Source: Candidatus Acetothermia bacterium (GTDB taxonomy: Bacteria; Bipolaricaulota; Bipolaricaulia; RBG-16-55-9; JANLFV01). From it: a DNA stretch of 64,000 nucleotides. Under the pieces are notes generated by a model. It saw only the letters and a list, made by a program, of their open reading frames with translations. It made no database searches and was not told where the DNA came from. The stretch spans positions 84,387-148,386 of the forward strand of contig JANLFV010000001.1 of the NCBI GenBank assembly GCA_024653345.1, in the 5' to 3' direction. Both the position numbers and the translations under genes were made by a program. This document shows positions 19,674 through 27,947 of this stretch, piece by piece. The stretch's first letter is position 1, and each line of letters starts with the position of its first letter.

Positions 19674-20359
19674 GGGTTGGTGCGGTAGTCCTCGCAGCCG
19701 GGCGGAGCGAGCGGATGGGCCAGAGCAAGCTCTACCTGCCCCTCGACGGCCGGCCGGTCTTGGTGCATTCCCTCGAGCGGTTTGCCCGCTCTCCATTGGT
19801 GCAGGAGCTCGTTGTAGTGATCAACCCTGCGGAGAAGGAGCGGTTCGAGCGAGAGGTCCTCGACCTTCTTGCTCTTGAAAAGCAGCTCAAGGTCGCTCGC
19901 GGCGGGCGCGAGCGGCAGGATTCGGCCCTCGCTGGGGTTCGAGCATTGTCTGCGGGAATTGAGCTGGTCCTGGTCCATGACGGGGCTCGGCCGTTCTTCT
20001 CCGATGATCTGCTCGCGAAGCTCGTCGCGGCCGCCGGGGAATGCGGCGCGGCTCTCCCGGCCATCCCGGTGAAGGAGACGATCCGCAGCTTCGATCATGA
20101 GGGGGTCTCCAGCGGAGAGCTGGATCGGGGACGACTCTTCCAGGTCCAGACGCCCCAGTGCTTCTCTTATCAGCTCCTGCGCCGCTCTCTGGAGGAGGCC
20201 TGCGCCCAGGGGAGATACTTTACCGACGACGCCGGGGCGGTCGCGGCGATCTCGGGAGTGCGGGCGAAGCTTGTCCCGGGCGAGGAGTGGAATATCAAGA
20301 TCACCACCCCCTTCGACCTGGAGTTGGCCAGTGTCTTGGCTGGGTTGAACAAGGCCTAG
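19664..20359 (+). CDS. ispD: 2-C-methyl-D-erythritol 4-phosphate cytidylyltransferase.
   Basis: VVLAAGRSERMG nucleotide-binding N-terminus, IspD length and family similarity. Confidence 0.9.
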   Translation: MGLRVGAVVLAAGRSERMGQSKLYLPLDGRPVLVHSLERFARSPLVQELVVVINPAEKERFEREVLDLLALEKQLKVARGGRERQDSALAGVRALSAGIELVLVHDGARPFFSDDLLAKLVAAAGECGAALPAIPVKETIRSFDHEGVSSGELDRGRLFQVQTPQCFSYQLLRRSLEEACAQGRYFTDDAGAVAAISGVRAKLVPGEEWNIKITTPFDLELASVLAGLNKA

Positions 20360-20411
20360 CTGGCCGTTGTGCTCCTCCCCTCCGTTCAGTAGGATTGCCC
20401 TGAGGAGGCCG

Positions 20412-21407
20412 ATGATGCACCCGGCGATCGAGGTAGTCAAGCTTAAGCGGCTCTTTCGCAAGAAGCAGGCCCGCCGCTCCTGGCGGACGGTCGTGGCCCT
20501 GGAGGAAATCGACCTGGAGATCCAGGAGGGCGAGCTCTTCGGGGTGCTGGGCCCCAACGGGGCGGGGAAGACGACCCTGATCAAGATTCTCGCCACCCTG
20601 CTTCTGCCGACGAGCGGCCAGGCCTTCGTCGACGGGATCGATGTGGTCAAGGACCCCCGCGCGGTCCGCCGGAGGATCAACATGGTCTCGGGAGGGGAGC
20701 ACTCGGGCTACGGGATCCTGACGGTCAGGGAGACGCTGTGGATGTTCTCCCAGTTCTACGGCGTCCCCGGTAAGGTCGCCCGCGAACGGATTAACGAGCT
20801 TCTCCGGGTCGTCGGCCTGGAGGAGGAGGCCAATACGAGAATCAGCCGGCTCTCCACGGGGATGCGGCAGAAGATGAACTTCGCCCGAGGCTTCGTCTCC
20901 GACCCGAAGATCGTCTTCCTCGATGAGCCGACGCTCGGACTGGATGTGGGCGCGGCCCGCGACGCCCGGAACTTCATCAAGAGCTGGGTCAAGGACCGGC
21001 CAGGGAAGACCGTTCTCTTGACGACTCACTACATGACGGAGGCGGAGGAGCTGTGCGATCGGGTCGCGATCATCGACCGCGGGAAGATCCTGGCCTGCGA
21101 CACCCCGGAGAACCTCAAGCGGCGGGTGAAGAAGGACTCCATCTTCCACCTAGAGGTGGCGGGCCTGGACTCTTGGGAAGGGCTGCACGAGATTGCGGGC
21201 GTGAAACAGCTCGTCTCGACCCCGCGGGATGGGTTCACCGAGCTGAAATTCATCTTGGACCACGAGGATGTCCTCCCGCAGCTATTGGGGAAGATCACGG
21301 AGCGCGGCTCGCGCGTCCTCTACATGCGGAAGACCGAGCCGACCCTCGAGGATGTCTTCATCGAGCTGGTCGGGCGGTCCCTGGAGGTCGATACGGCCGA
21401 GCGATGA
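20412..21407 (+). CDS. ABC-2-type transporter ATP-binding subunit (DrrA-like).
   Basis: Walker A GPNGAGKTT, signature LSTGMRQK, Walker B VFLDEPT. AGGAGG before the ATGATG start at 20412. Confidence 0.85.
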   Translation: MMHPAIEVVKLKRLFRKKQARRSWRTVVALEEIDLEIQEGELFGVLGPNGAGKTTLIKILATLLLPTSGQAFVDGIDVVKDPRAVRRRINMVSGGEHSGYGILTVRETLWMFSQFYGVPGKVARERINELLRVVGLEEEANTRISRLSTGMRQKMNFARGFVSDPKIVFLDEPTLGLDVGAARDARNFIKSWVKDRPGKTVLLTTHYMTEAEELCDRVAIIDRGKILACDTPENLKRRVKKDSIFHLEVAGLDSWEGLHEIAGVKQLVSTPRDGFTELKFILDHEDVLPQLLGKITERGSRVLYMRKTEPTLEDVFIELVGRSLEVDTAER

Positions 21408-22222
21408 GCGCGTCAGGGCTTGTGATGAACCTGAGGGCGATATGGGCCCGGGCCTATGTGAGGGTCGTGGGGGCCAACCGGGAGCTCTCCTGGCTCTTCT
21501 TCGACACCTTCTTGCCGCTCCTGGGGACCTCGGCCTATGTCTTCATCTACAAGGCGATGAAGGCCCCGCCGGAGTTCACCGGCTTCGTGATCCTCGGCGG
21601 GGCGATGACTGCCTACTGGCTCAATGTGCTGTGGAACATGGCCAGCCAGTTCTACTGGGAGAAGGAACAGGGGCAGCTCCAGCTCTTCCTGATCTCCCCG
21701 ACCTCGCCGATGGTGATTCTCTTGGGGATGGCCCTCGGGGGGATGTTCATGACGACGATCCGGGCCGGCTCGATCCTCATTTTGGGGAGCCTGATCTTCC
21801 GCGTCCAGTTCACCGTCCAGCAGCCGCTCCTGCTCGCGCTGCTCTTCTTCCTGGCGCTGGCCGCGCTCTACGGGCTCGGCATGCTATTTGCCTCGCTCTT
21901 CATGCTCTACGGCCGCGAGGCGTGGCATCTCTCGAACTTGCTGCAGGAGCCGGTCTATCTGCTTTCGGGGCTCTACTTCCCCGTCCGGGGGCTGGGCTTC
22001 TGGGTGGCCGCGGCGGCCTCAGTGATCCCGCTCACCCTCGGGCTGGACGGGATCAGGCAGCTCGCGTTCGGCGGGGCCGGCTGGGGCTTCCTCGCCCCGG
22101 AGTATGAGCTGGCCTTGCTGGCTTTCTTGAGTATAGTCTTCATCTACTTTGCCCGGCGGGCCCTCCGGTTCATGGAGGAGCTGGCGAAGCGCGAGGGGAG
22201 GTTGACCCTGCGGTGGCAGTGA
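21404..22222 (+). CDS. ABC-2-type transporter permease.
   Basis: Six TM helices. The ATG overlaps the ATPase stop (ATGA). The long upstream extension in the track is a frame artefact. Confidence 0.7.
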   Translation: MSASGLVMNLRAIWARAYVRVVGANRELSWLFFDTFLPLLGTSAYVFIYKAMKAPPEFTGFVILGGAMTAYWLNVLWNMASQFYWEKEQGQLQLFLISPTSPMVILLGMALGGMFMTTIRAGSILILGSLIFRVQFTVQQPLLLALLFFLALAALYGLGMLFASLFMLYGREAWHLSNLLQEPVYLLSGLYFPVRGLGFWVAAAASVIPLTLGLDGIRQLAFGGAGWGFLAPEYELALLAFLSIVFIYFARRALRFMEELAKREGRLTLRWQ

Positions 22223-23088
22223 GCGTCTCGCGCCGGGTGCGCGAGGGCTTTGGCGCATTCCGGACGGCCACGCGGCTTGGCTGGCAGATCGAGTCGAACT
22301 GGGCTGATCCGCTCGTCTTTGCCATCTACTCGATCATCAAGCCGGTCGCTGCCTCGCTGATCTTGGTCTTCATGTATCTTGTAATCACCCGCGGGAAGGC
22401 CGGGACGGAGCTCTTCGCCTACATCTATGTGGGGAACGCCTTCTACATTTTCGTCGGCGGGGTGCTCTTCGGGATCAGTTGGGCGATCATCGACGACCGC
22501 GAGCACTACGAGATGCTGAAGTATATCTATCTCTCGCCGATCCGGATCTACATCTATCTCCTGGGCCGGGGGATGGCCAGGCTCTTCATCTCGGCGATCT
22601 CCGTGGCCATCGCGCTGAGCTTCGGGGCCCTCCTGCTCAAGGTCCCGCTTCGCATCACTGCCATCGACTACCCTTATCTCTTCGCCGGGCTGATCCTCGG
22701 CCTGGGAGGGGTCATTGCTCTTGGTATCATCCTGGCGGGGGTCTGCCTGATCACCGCCCGCCACTCCTGGGGGATCAGCGAGTCAGTCGCGGGCGCGTTC
22801 TATCTCCTTTGCGGCGTGGTCTTCCCCCTGGATGTCCTGCCCAGATGGGCTCAAGCAATCGGGGTGGTGCTGCCACCCACTTATTGGATCGAGGCGATGC
22901 GCCGCGCGGCCCTCGGGGAGGAGGTCGCGGGCGTGAGCCAGGTCTTGGGGAGGTTCTCGAACAGCTCGCTCCTGTTGGTCTTGCTCGGGACGACCGCGGG
23001 GCTGATGTTCATCTCGCACCTGTTCTTCCGGGCTGCGGAGGGGCGTGCCCGCCGGCGCGGGCTCATCGATCAGCGGACGGACTACTGA
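22213..23088 (+). CDS. ABC-2-type transporter permease (second subunit).
   Basis: Six TM helices, a GTG start overlapping the upstream permease stop, and the ABC-2 family pattern. Confidence 0.7.
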   Translation: MAVSVSRRVREGFGAFRTATRLGWQIESNWADPLVFAIYSIIKPVAASLILVFMYLVITRGKAGTELFAYIYVGNAFYIFVGGVLFGISWAIIDDREHYEMLKYIYLSPIRIYIYLLGRGMARLFISAISVAIALSFGALLLKVPLRITAIDYPYLFAGLILGLGGVIALGIILAGVCLITARHSWGISESVAGAFYLLCGVVFPLDVLPRWAQAIGVVLPPTYWIEAMRRAALGEEVAGVSQVLGRFSNSSLLLVLLGTTAGLMFISHLFFRAAEGRARRRGLIDQRTDY

Positions 23089-23297
23089 GCCTCGCCTTCT
23101 TCAGCGAATTGATGCTGGTAACGAACTTCGCCCGGCGACGGGCCGGGCCGAGCTCCTGCTGGAGCAACTGCAGCTTTCTCTTCAGCTCCGCGCGCATCGT
23201 CATGGCCCGATTGTAGAGTGGCGGATCAGGGGGTTCAGTGACCTGGACCACGGCAGACTGGAAATGGCCTCGGGAGGGGACAGGGTTCCGGGCCGGC

Positions 23298-23738
23298 TCA
23301 ATCCTCGCGCACCGTGGGCCTCTCCCTCTCGCGCTTCCTCTCGCTCCGGCCTCGCTTGGCGCGCAGTCGCCTCTCGTGCGCGGCAGGACCGGGGCGCGTC
23401 GGCCTGCGGGCCCTTCTCGGGCGAAGGGCGCGAGCGAGCAGTTCCCCGAACCGCCCGACGGCCTCGGCCCGATTCTGGAGCTGGCTCCGGGAGGCGCGAG
23501 CGATGAGGTGCAACACCCCCTCTTTGTCGATATGTCCCCTCAGCCGGTCGAGAACCTGGGCCTTCTCTAGATCGTTGAGGCTCGGCGAGTGGAGCACATC
23601 GAAGAGCAGCTCCACCCTCGTCTCGACCCGATTTACGTTCTGCCCGCCCGGGCCGCCGCTCCGGCTGAACCGGAATCGCAGCTCTGTAAGGGGGATTGCC
23701 ACCTTGTCCGTGATCCGCAGCAGCTTCTCCGCTTCCAT
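23298..23738 (-). CDS. arfB: Peptidyl-tRNA hydrolase ArfB (YaeJ-type ribosome rescue factor).
   Basis: GGQ motif in GGPGGQNVNRVETRVEL and a highly basic C-terminal tail. About 146 aa. Confidence 0.75.
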   Translation of the reverse strand: MEAEKLLRITDKVAIPLTELRFRFSRSGGPGGQNVNRVETRVELLFDVLHSPSLNDLEKAQVLDRLRGHIDKEGVLHLIARASRSQLQNRAEAVGRFGELLARALRPRRARRPTRPGPAAHERRLRAKRGRSERKRERERPTVRED

Positions 23739-23807
23739 CTGGAGGAGACACCGCCTCTATGGTAGAATTATCCGAAACAATCGAGATCGAGACAAGGAGC
23801 ATGGGCT

Positions 23808-24956
23808 ATGCCGGTCTATGTCGTGCATTACAGCGAGATCGCCCTAAAGGGGAAGAATCGGGCCTACTTCGAGGAGGCGCTCGCCCGGAATATCGCGCTG
23901 ATGCTCAAAGGCCATGGCGAGGTGAAGGTCCGGAAGAGATACGGCCGACTGCTTGTCGAGGGCGAGGGCGCTCTCGACCGCGAAGCGCTCCAGTTGATCC
24001 CGGGGATAAAGTCGTTCGCCCAAGCCGAGAGAGTGGAGCTTGACCTGGAGGCCATTGCGACGATGGCCCTCCGCCTGGCCCAGGGGGAACAGGCCAACTC
24101 GTTCATGATCCGGACGAAGCGCTCGGACAAGTCCTTCCCGCTCACCTCGCTGGAGGTCAATCGGCTGGTGGGGGAGCGGGTCGCGCGCCAGACCGGGAAG
24201 ACCGTCTCCCTCACGGCACCAGAGCTCACGATTCACATCGAGATCTGCAGCGATGAAGCCTATCTCTACAAGGAGATCGTCCCCGGCCTCGGCGGCCTCC
24301 CCGTGGGGACCTCGGGGCGAGTGATTGCCCTGGTCTCCGGGGGGATCGACAGCCCCGTGGCGGCCTTCCTGATGATGAAGCGGGGGTGCGAGGTCATCCT
24401 CCTCCACTTCTTCAACGAGACGATTCACTCCCTGAAGGTCGGGGGGAAGCTCGCCTCCCTGGCGGAGCGGCTGGCCCACTTCCAGGGCGAGACCAAGCTC
24501 TATATGGTCCCCTTCGGGGGCCTCCAGCGTGAGATCATCAAGGCTGTCCCGGCGAGGTATCGGATGCTCATCTACCGGCGGACGATGATGCGGCTCGCCG
24601 AGGAGGTCGCCCGCCTCGAGGGGGCCAAGGCCCTCGTCACCGGGGACAGCCTGGCCCAGGTCGCGAGCCAGACCCTCGACAACCTGCGGGTGATTTATGA
24701 GGCCACCGGCTTGCCCGTCCTGGCACCGCTGATCGGCTCCGACAAGGAGGAGACGATCGCCCTCGCCCGGAAGATCGGGACCTACGAGATCTCGATCTTG
24801 CCTTATGAGGACTGCTGCTCCTTCATGGTCGCGCCCCACCCCGAGACCCACGGGGATCCCCAGACCATCGCCGCGCTACAGAAGGGCCTGGCCTTGGACC
24901 TCGCCGACGCGATCAGTCGGGCCGAGATCGAGTCCTTCGGCCCAAACCGGGCTTAG
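23808..24956 (+). CDS. thiI: tRNA 4-thiouridine synthase ThiI.
   Basis: THUMP-like N-domain and the PP-loop SGGIDSPVAA. Confidence 0.9.
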   Translation: MPVYVVHYSEIALKGKNRAYFEEALARNIALMLKGHGEVKVRKRYGRLLVEGEGALDREALQLIPGIKSFAQAERVELDLEAIATMALRLAQGEQANSFMIRTKRSDKSFPLTSLEVNRLVGERVARQTGKTVSLTAPELTIHIEICSDEAYLYKEIVPGLGGLPVGTSGRVIALVSGGIDSPVAAFLMMKRGCEVILLHFFNETIHSLKVGGKLASLAERLAHFQGETKLYMVPFGGLQREIIKAVPARYRMLIYRRTMMRLAEEVARLEGAKALVTGDSLAQVASQTLDNLRVIYEATGLPVLAPLIGSDKEETIALARKIGTYEISILPYEDCCSFMVAPHPETHGDPQTIAALQKGLALDLADAISRAEIESFGPNRA

Positions 24957-24979
24957 CCCCCGTCTGTTTGGGGGCCCAC

Positions 24980-25003
24980 CCGAGGAGGGGTCCCTCCCCT
25001 CGG
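24980..25003 (+). terminator. GC-rich hairpin just downstream of the thiI stop, with no U-tract.
   Basis: ccgaggagggg tc ccctcccctcgg forms a ~10 bp stem. There is no T-run, so it is only a candidate. Confidence 0.25.
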
Positions 25004-25163
25004 CCCAGGCCGAAAGACCGTTGGACTTGGGCCGAGATCGATGGTAAACTTATGTCGCTTGATGGGCTAAGCTTCTTGCATGGCTTAAGCCCAAGTGGCT
25101 CGAGACGGGACTCCCCAGCCGGGGCGGCTCGAGCCTCAGGCCGCATAAGATGAGCATGAGGAG

Positions 25164-25394
25164 ATGATCGGGATGCACGAGAGAGTAGAAGCGGCACTGG
25201 AGCAGATCCGGCCGATGCTGCGGGCCGACGGCGGGGATGTCGAGCTTATTGATGTCACCGACGATGGGGTCGTCCTAGTGAGGCTTATTGGGGCCTGCGG
25301 CGGCTGCCCGATGGCCGCGATGACCCTCAAGGAGGGGATCGAGCGGCTCCTCAAGGAGGAGGTCCCCGAGGTCCAGGCCGTCGAGGCCGTCTAG
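25164..25394 (+). CDS. NifU-like Fe-S cluster scaffold domain protein (Nfu-type).
   Basis: CGGCPMAAMTLK CxxC motif and the conserved Nfu C-terminal domain. 76 aa. Confidence 0.8.
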   Translation: MIGMHERVEAALEQIRPMLRADGGDVELIDVTDDGVVLVRLIGACGGCPMAAMTLKEGIERLLKEEVPEVQAVEAV

Positions 25395-25590
25395 AGGATA
25401 GCATAGCTCGCATCCGAGTGATAACCTCCTGGCGGGCCTTGAGCCCGGTCCTGTCCCGACTTTGCTCCGCCTTCGTCTTCCCCTAGCCTACCCGGGGTCG
25501 GTACCGGCATCTCACGGCACCTTGCCCGGGTATTAGGCCAGCTTGTGTATGTGGCAAAACCTCTGAATCAATAGGGAAAATGGGCATCAC

Positions 25591-25619
25591 TTGCCGAGGC
25601 CGGGTCGCGGTGCTATAAT
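25591..25619 (+). promoter_or_regulatory. Sigma70-type promoter: TTGCCG, 17 nt spacer, TATAAT, upstream of the copper operon.
   Basis: The -35 TTGCCG (25591-25596) and a perfect -10 TATAAT (25614-25619) with 17 nt spacing, followed by the RBS AAAGGAG and an ATG at 25668. The surrounding intergenic region is AT-richer than the coding DNA. Confidence 0.5.
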
Positions 25620-25631
25620 CTGCTGGCTGAA

Positions 25632-25645
25632 CCCACCCGAGGTGG
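25632..25645 (+). promoter_or_regulatory. GC-rich inverted repeat CCCACCcgaGGTGG downstream of the -10; a candidate CsoR-type operator.
   Basis: Seen directly in the sequence. It resembles the GC-rich pseudo-palindromes bound by CsoR-family repressors, and a csoR gene terminates this operon. Confidence 0.3.
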
Positions 25646-25667
25646 AGTCGGCAAGAAAGGAGCGAAG

Positions 25668-26363
25668 ATGCGGGGAAGGGGCAAGGCTTGGATGGTCGTT
25701 GGGATCGTAGCTCTGGGGTTACTCTCTGGCGGGGCCCTTGGCCTCACTTACGGGACCCCCTGGGGGTCGGCTGGCGGAGGGATGATGGGCGGCTGCCCCA
25801 TGGGTGGGCCAGGGATGGGCTGGTATCCGGGCTTCGTGGCCCAGGACATGGCGCAGGCGGCCCAGGCCGCGCAACTGTATGTGGCGGCCTTCTGGGGCGA
25901 GCCCGATCTTGCGGTCAAGGAGGTCATGGAGTTCTCCAATCAGTTCTATGTCCAGATCGAGGAGCGGAGCACCGGCCTCGGGGCGATGGAGCTCTTGGTA
26001 GAAAGGCCCAGTGGCCTGGTCCATCCCGAGCCGGGGCCGAATATGATGTGGAACCTCAAATACGGCCATATGGCCCGGGGGATGGGCATGATGGGCCGGT
26101 GGCAGGGCTGGCAGGCCCCGCCGGCCGGGATGCCGCTCAGCCCGGAGCAGGCCGAGCAGCTCGCCCAGCAGTATCTGGATGCCTATATGCCCGGCGCAAA
26201 GGTTACTGAAGAGATCACGCCATTCTACGGCTACTATACCCTCGATCTTGAGAGAGCTGGCCGGATCTTTGGGATGCTCTCGGTCAATGGCTTCACTGGC
26301 CAGGTCTGGTATCACCACTGGCACGGCCAATTCCTGGGGATGTGGGAGCCCGAGGGGCATTGA
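25668..26363 (+). CDS. Secreted Met/His-rich protein, a putative periplasmic Cu(I)-binding protein.
   Basis: Signal/TM segment, then Met-rich motifs MMGGCPMGGPGMGW and HMARGMGMMGRW, and a His-rich C-terminus VWYHHWHG. First gene behind the promoter. Confidence 0.4.
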   Translation: MRGRGKAWMVVGIVALGLLSGGALGLTYGTPWGSAGGGMMGGCPMGGPGMGWYPGFVAQDMAQAAQAAQLYVAAFWGEPDLAVKEVMEFSNQFYVQIEERSTGLGAMELLVERPSGLVHPEPGPNMMWNLKYGHMARGMGMMGRWQGWQAPPAGMPLSPEQAEQLAQQYLDAYMPGAKVTEEITPFYGYYTLDLERAGRIFGMLSVNGFTGQVWYHHWHGQFLGMWEPEGH

Positions 26364-26993
26364 TTGAACCGAGTCCAAGCGACCGCTAGGACCCAGGCCC
26401 GCTACGACCGGCTCGCGCCGGTCTACGACCTTATGGGGGCCCTGATGGAGCGGACCGCCCAGAAGTGGCGGCGGCTCCTCTGGGAGGAGGTCGAGGGGGA
26501 GAGCATCCTAGAGGTCGGGGGGGGCACGGGGAAGAACATGCCCTTCTACCCTAAGGGCCCGAGGATCACGGCCATCGACCTGAGTGAGAGGATGCTCCAG
26601 CGGGCGCGGCGGCGGGCCGCGCGGCTCGGCTTAGAGGTCGAGCTCCGCCAGATGGATGTCCAGGCCCTCGATTTCCCCGATAAGTCGTTTGATATCGTGG
26701 TAGCGACCTTCGTCTTCTGCTCCGTCCCCGATCCCGTCCTCGGCCTGCGGGAATTAGGGCGGGTCGTGAAGCCCCGGGGCAAGATCTTGCTCCTCGAGCA
26801 CATCCGCCCGGAGTGCCCCTGGCTCGGGAGGCTCTTCGACCTCTTGAATCCCCTAGTCGTCCGCCTCTTCGGGTTCAACATTAACCGCCGCACGCTCTTG
26901 AGCCTCGCCGAGGCCGGGCTGAAGCTCGACTTCGTGAAGGATCTGGACAGGCTGGGCATCTTCAAGCTGATCGGGGCCAGACCGAGCGCTTAA
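26364..26993 (+). CDS. Class I SAM-dependent methyltransferase (Methyltransf_11/UbiE-like).
   Basis: Motif I ILEVGGGTGKN and a post-I acidic residue. 209 aa. TTG start abutting the upstream stop. Confidence 0.8.
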   Translation: MNRVQATARTQARYDRLAPVYDLMGALMERTAQKWRRLLWEEVEGESILEVGGGTGKNMPFYPKGPRITAIDLSERMLQRARRRAARLGLEVELRQMDVQALDFPDKSFDIVVATFVFCSVPDPVLGLRELGRVVKPRGKILLLEHIRPECPWLGRLFDLLNPLVVRLFGFNINRRTLLSLAEAGLKLDFVKDLDRLGIFKLIGARPSA

Positions 26994-27001
26994 GGAGGAA
27001 G

Positions 27002-27229
27002 GTGAACAGGATGCCTGAAAGGGTAAGGGACCCCGTCTGCGGGATGGAGCTCGAAGAGGACCAGGCGGCGGCGACCTACGAGTATAAGGGCAAGACCTAC
27101 TATTTCTGCGCTCTCAGCTGTCGGGAGGAGTTCGAGCGAGATCCAGAGAAGTATCTCGGCAAGGAAACTGAGGAGCATCGCAGGCGGAGGGGCCGGTTCT
27201 GGCGAGGCCTGATCGGCAGGTGCCATTAA
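27002..27229 (+). CDS. YHS-domain metal-binding protein.
   Basis: DPVCGMEL...YYFCALSCREEF YHS/TRASH-like motif. The alternative start at ATG 27011 has a better RBS. Confidence 0.75.
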   Translation: MNRMPERVRDPVCGMELEEDQAAATYEYKGKTYYFCALSCREEFERDPEKYLGKETEEHRRRRGRFWRGLIGRCH

Positions 27230-27251
27230 CTAAAGGAGAGGAGGTGCGATT

Positions 27252-27314
27252 ATGTGCCCACCGTGCCCACTGTGCCGAGGCGGAGCTAGGGCAAAGCGGG
27301 TCAGGAGGGCCTAG
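27252..27314 (+). CDS. 20-codon Cys-rich mini-ORF MCPPCPLCRGGARAKRVRRA. It may be a leader or metal-binding peptide; translation is unproven.
   Basis: Strong RBS AAAGGAGAGGAGGTG 5 nt upstream of the ATG. Three Cys in CPPCPLC. Its stop codon sits in the loop of a perfect 9-bp hairpin. Confidence 0.25.
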   Translation: MCPPCPLCRGGARAKRVRRA

Positions 27315-27323
27315 GCCCTCCTG
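27302..27323 (+). promoter_or_regulatory. Perfect GC-rich hairpin caggagggccTAGgccctcctg spanning the mini-ORF stop. A second imperfect hairpin follows at ~27338-27368.
   Basis: A 9-bp perfect inverted repeat seen directly. It lies between the YHS gene and the RBS of the PCYCGC gene. Confidence 0.3.
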
Positions 27324-27384
27324 GCCCTTCGAGGCGGCTTGCCCGCCGAGCTGCTAAGCGGCGGCAAGAACAGGAGGTGAGCGA

Positions 27385-27933
27385 ATGAAGAAAGGTCAAC
27401 AGAAGAGGCTGCTCTGGGCCGGGGCGAGCCTAATAGTGTTATTCCTCGGGCTCCTCGGCCTCTTCCTCTCCGGGAAGATCGGCGACGAGGAAGGCGCGAA
27501 CCGGTTCACGATCGGGGGCTATACCTTGCCCCGGGCGCTCCCGGATTACGCCCGCCGGGACAACTATACCCTCGCGAGCTATATGACCGCCCTAGCGATG
27601 CCAAGGGCGCTGGAGCACATCCCCTGCTACTGTAGCTGCGATGCGGCCGGCCATGAGAATCTCGCCGACTGCTTCCTCGAGGGCAAGGGGTTCACCGCAC
27701 ATGGGGCGAACTGCGGGATCTGCAAGGTCGAGGCGGCCAAGGCCGCTGAATTGTTGCTGAAGGGGGCTTCGATAAAGGAGGCCCGGGCCCTCATCGAGCA
27801 ACAGTTCGGGAACGGCCACTACGGCCGGCCGACGCCCACCCCGCCGATCGCGGAGGATCGCTATCTCAGTGAGCTAGCACCCGAGCTCGACCGCGAGGCC
27901 TTCCAACGGGCCTTGAAGGAGTTGTTCGAATAG
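27385..27933 (+). CDS. PCYCGC-motif domain protein, a membrane-anchored putative metal-binding protein.
   Basis: N-terminal TM helix, then HIPCYCSCDAAGHENLADC and a further CGIC motif. Confidence 0.6.
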   Translation: MKKGQQKRLLWAGASLIVLFLGLLGLFLSGKIGDEEGANRFTIGGYTLPRALPDYARRDNYTLASYMTALAMPRALEHIPCYCSCDAAGHENLADCFLEGKGFTAHGANCGICKVEAAKAAELLLKGASIKEARALIEQQFGNGHYGRPTPTPPIAEDRYLSELAPELDREAFQRALKELFE

Positions 27934-27947
27934 GAAAAGGAGCAAAG

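Noticed and set aside
20301-21149. 282-aa antisense ORF opposite the ABC ATPase
   Set aside because: Opposite Walker A/B and signature motifs on the sense strand, with no features of its own.
21053-21403. Upstream extension of the first ABC-2 permease ORF (track start 21053)
   Set aside because: The extension overlaps the ATPase gene in another frame and is Arg/Gly-rich. ATG 21404, which overlaps the ATPase stop, gives a canonical permease N-terminus.
23045-23297. Small ORFs (23063..23251 minus, 23045..23506 plus) in the gap between the ABC permease and arfB
   Set aside because: Compositionally biased, with no RBS or motifs. They are probably non-coding, with the 3' UTR and terminator regions of convergent genes.
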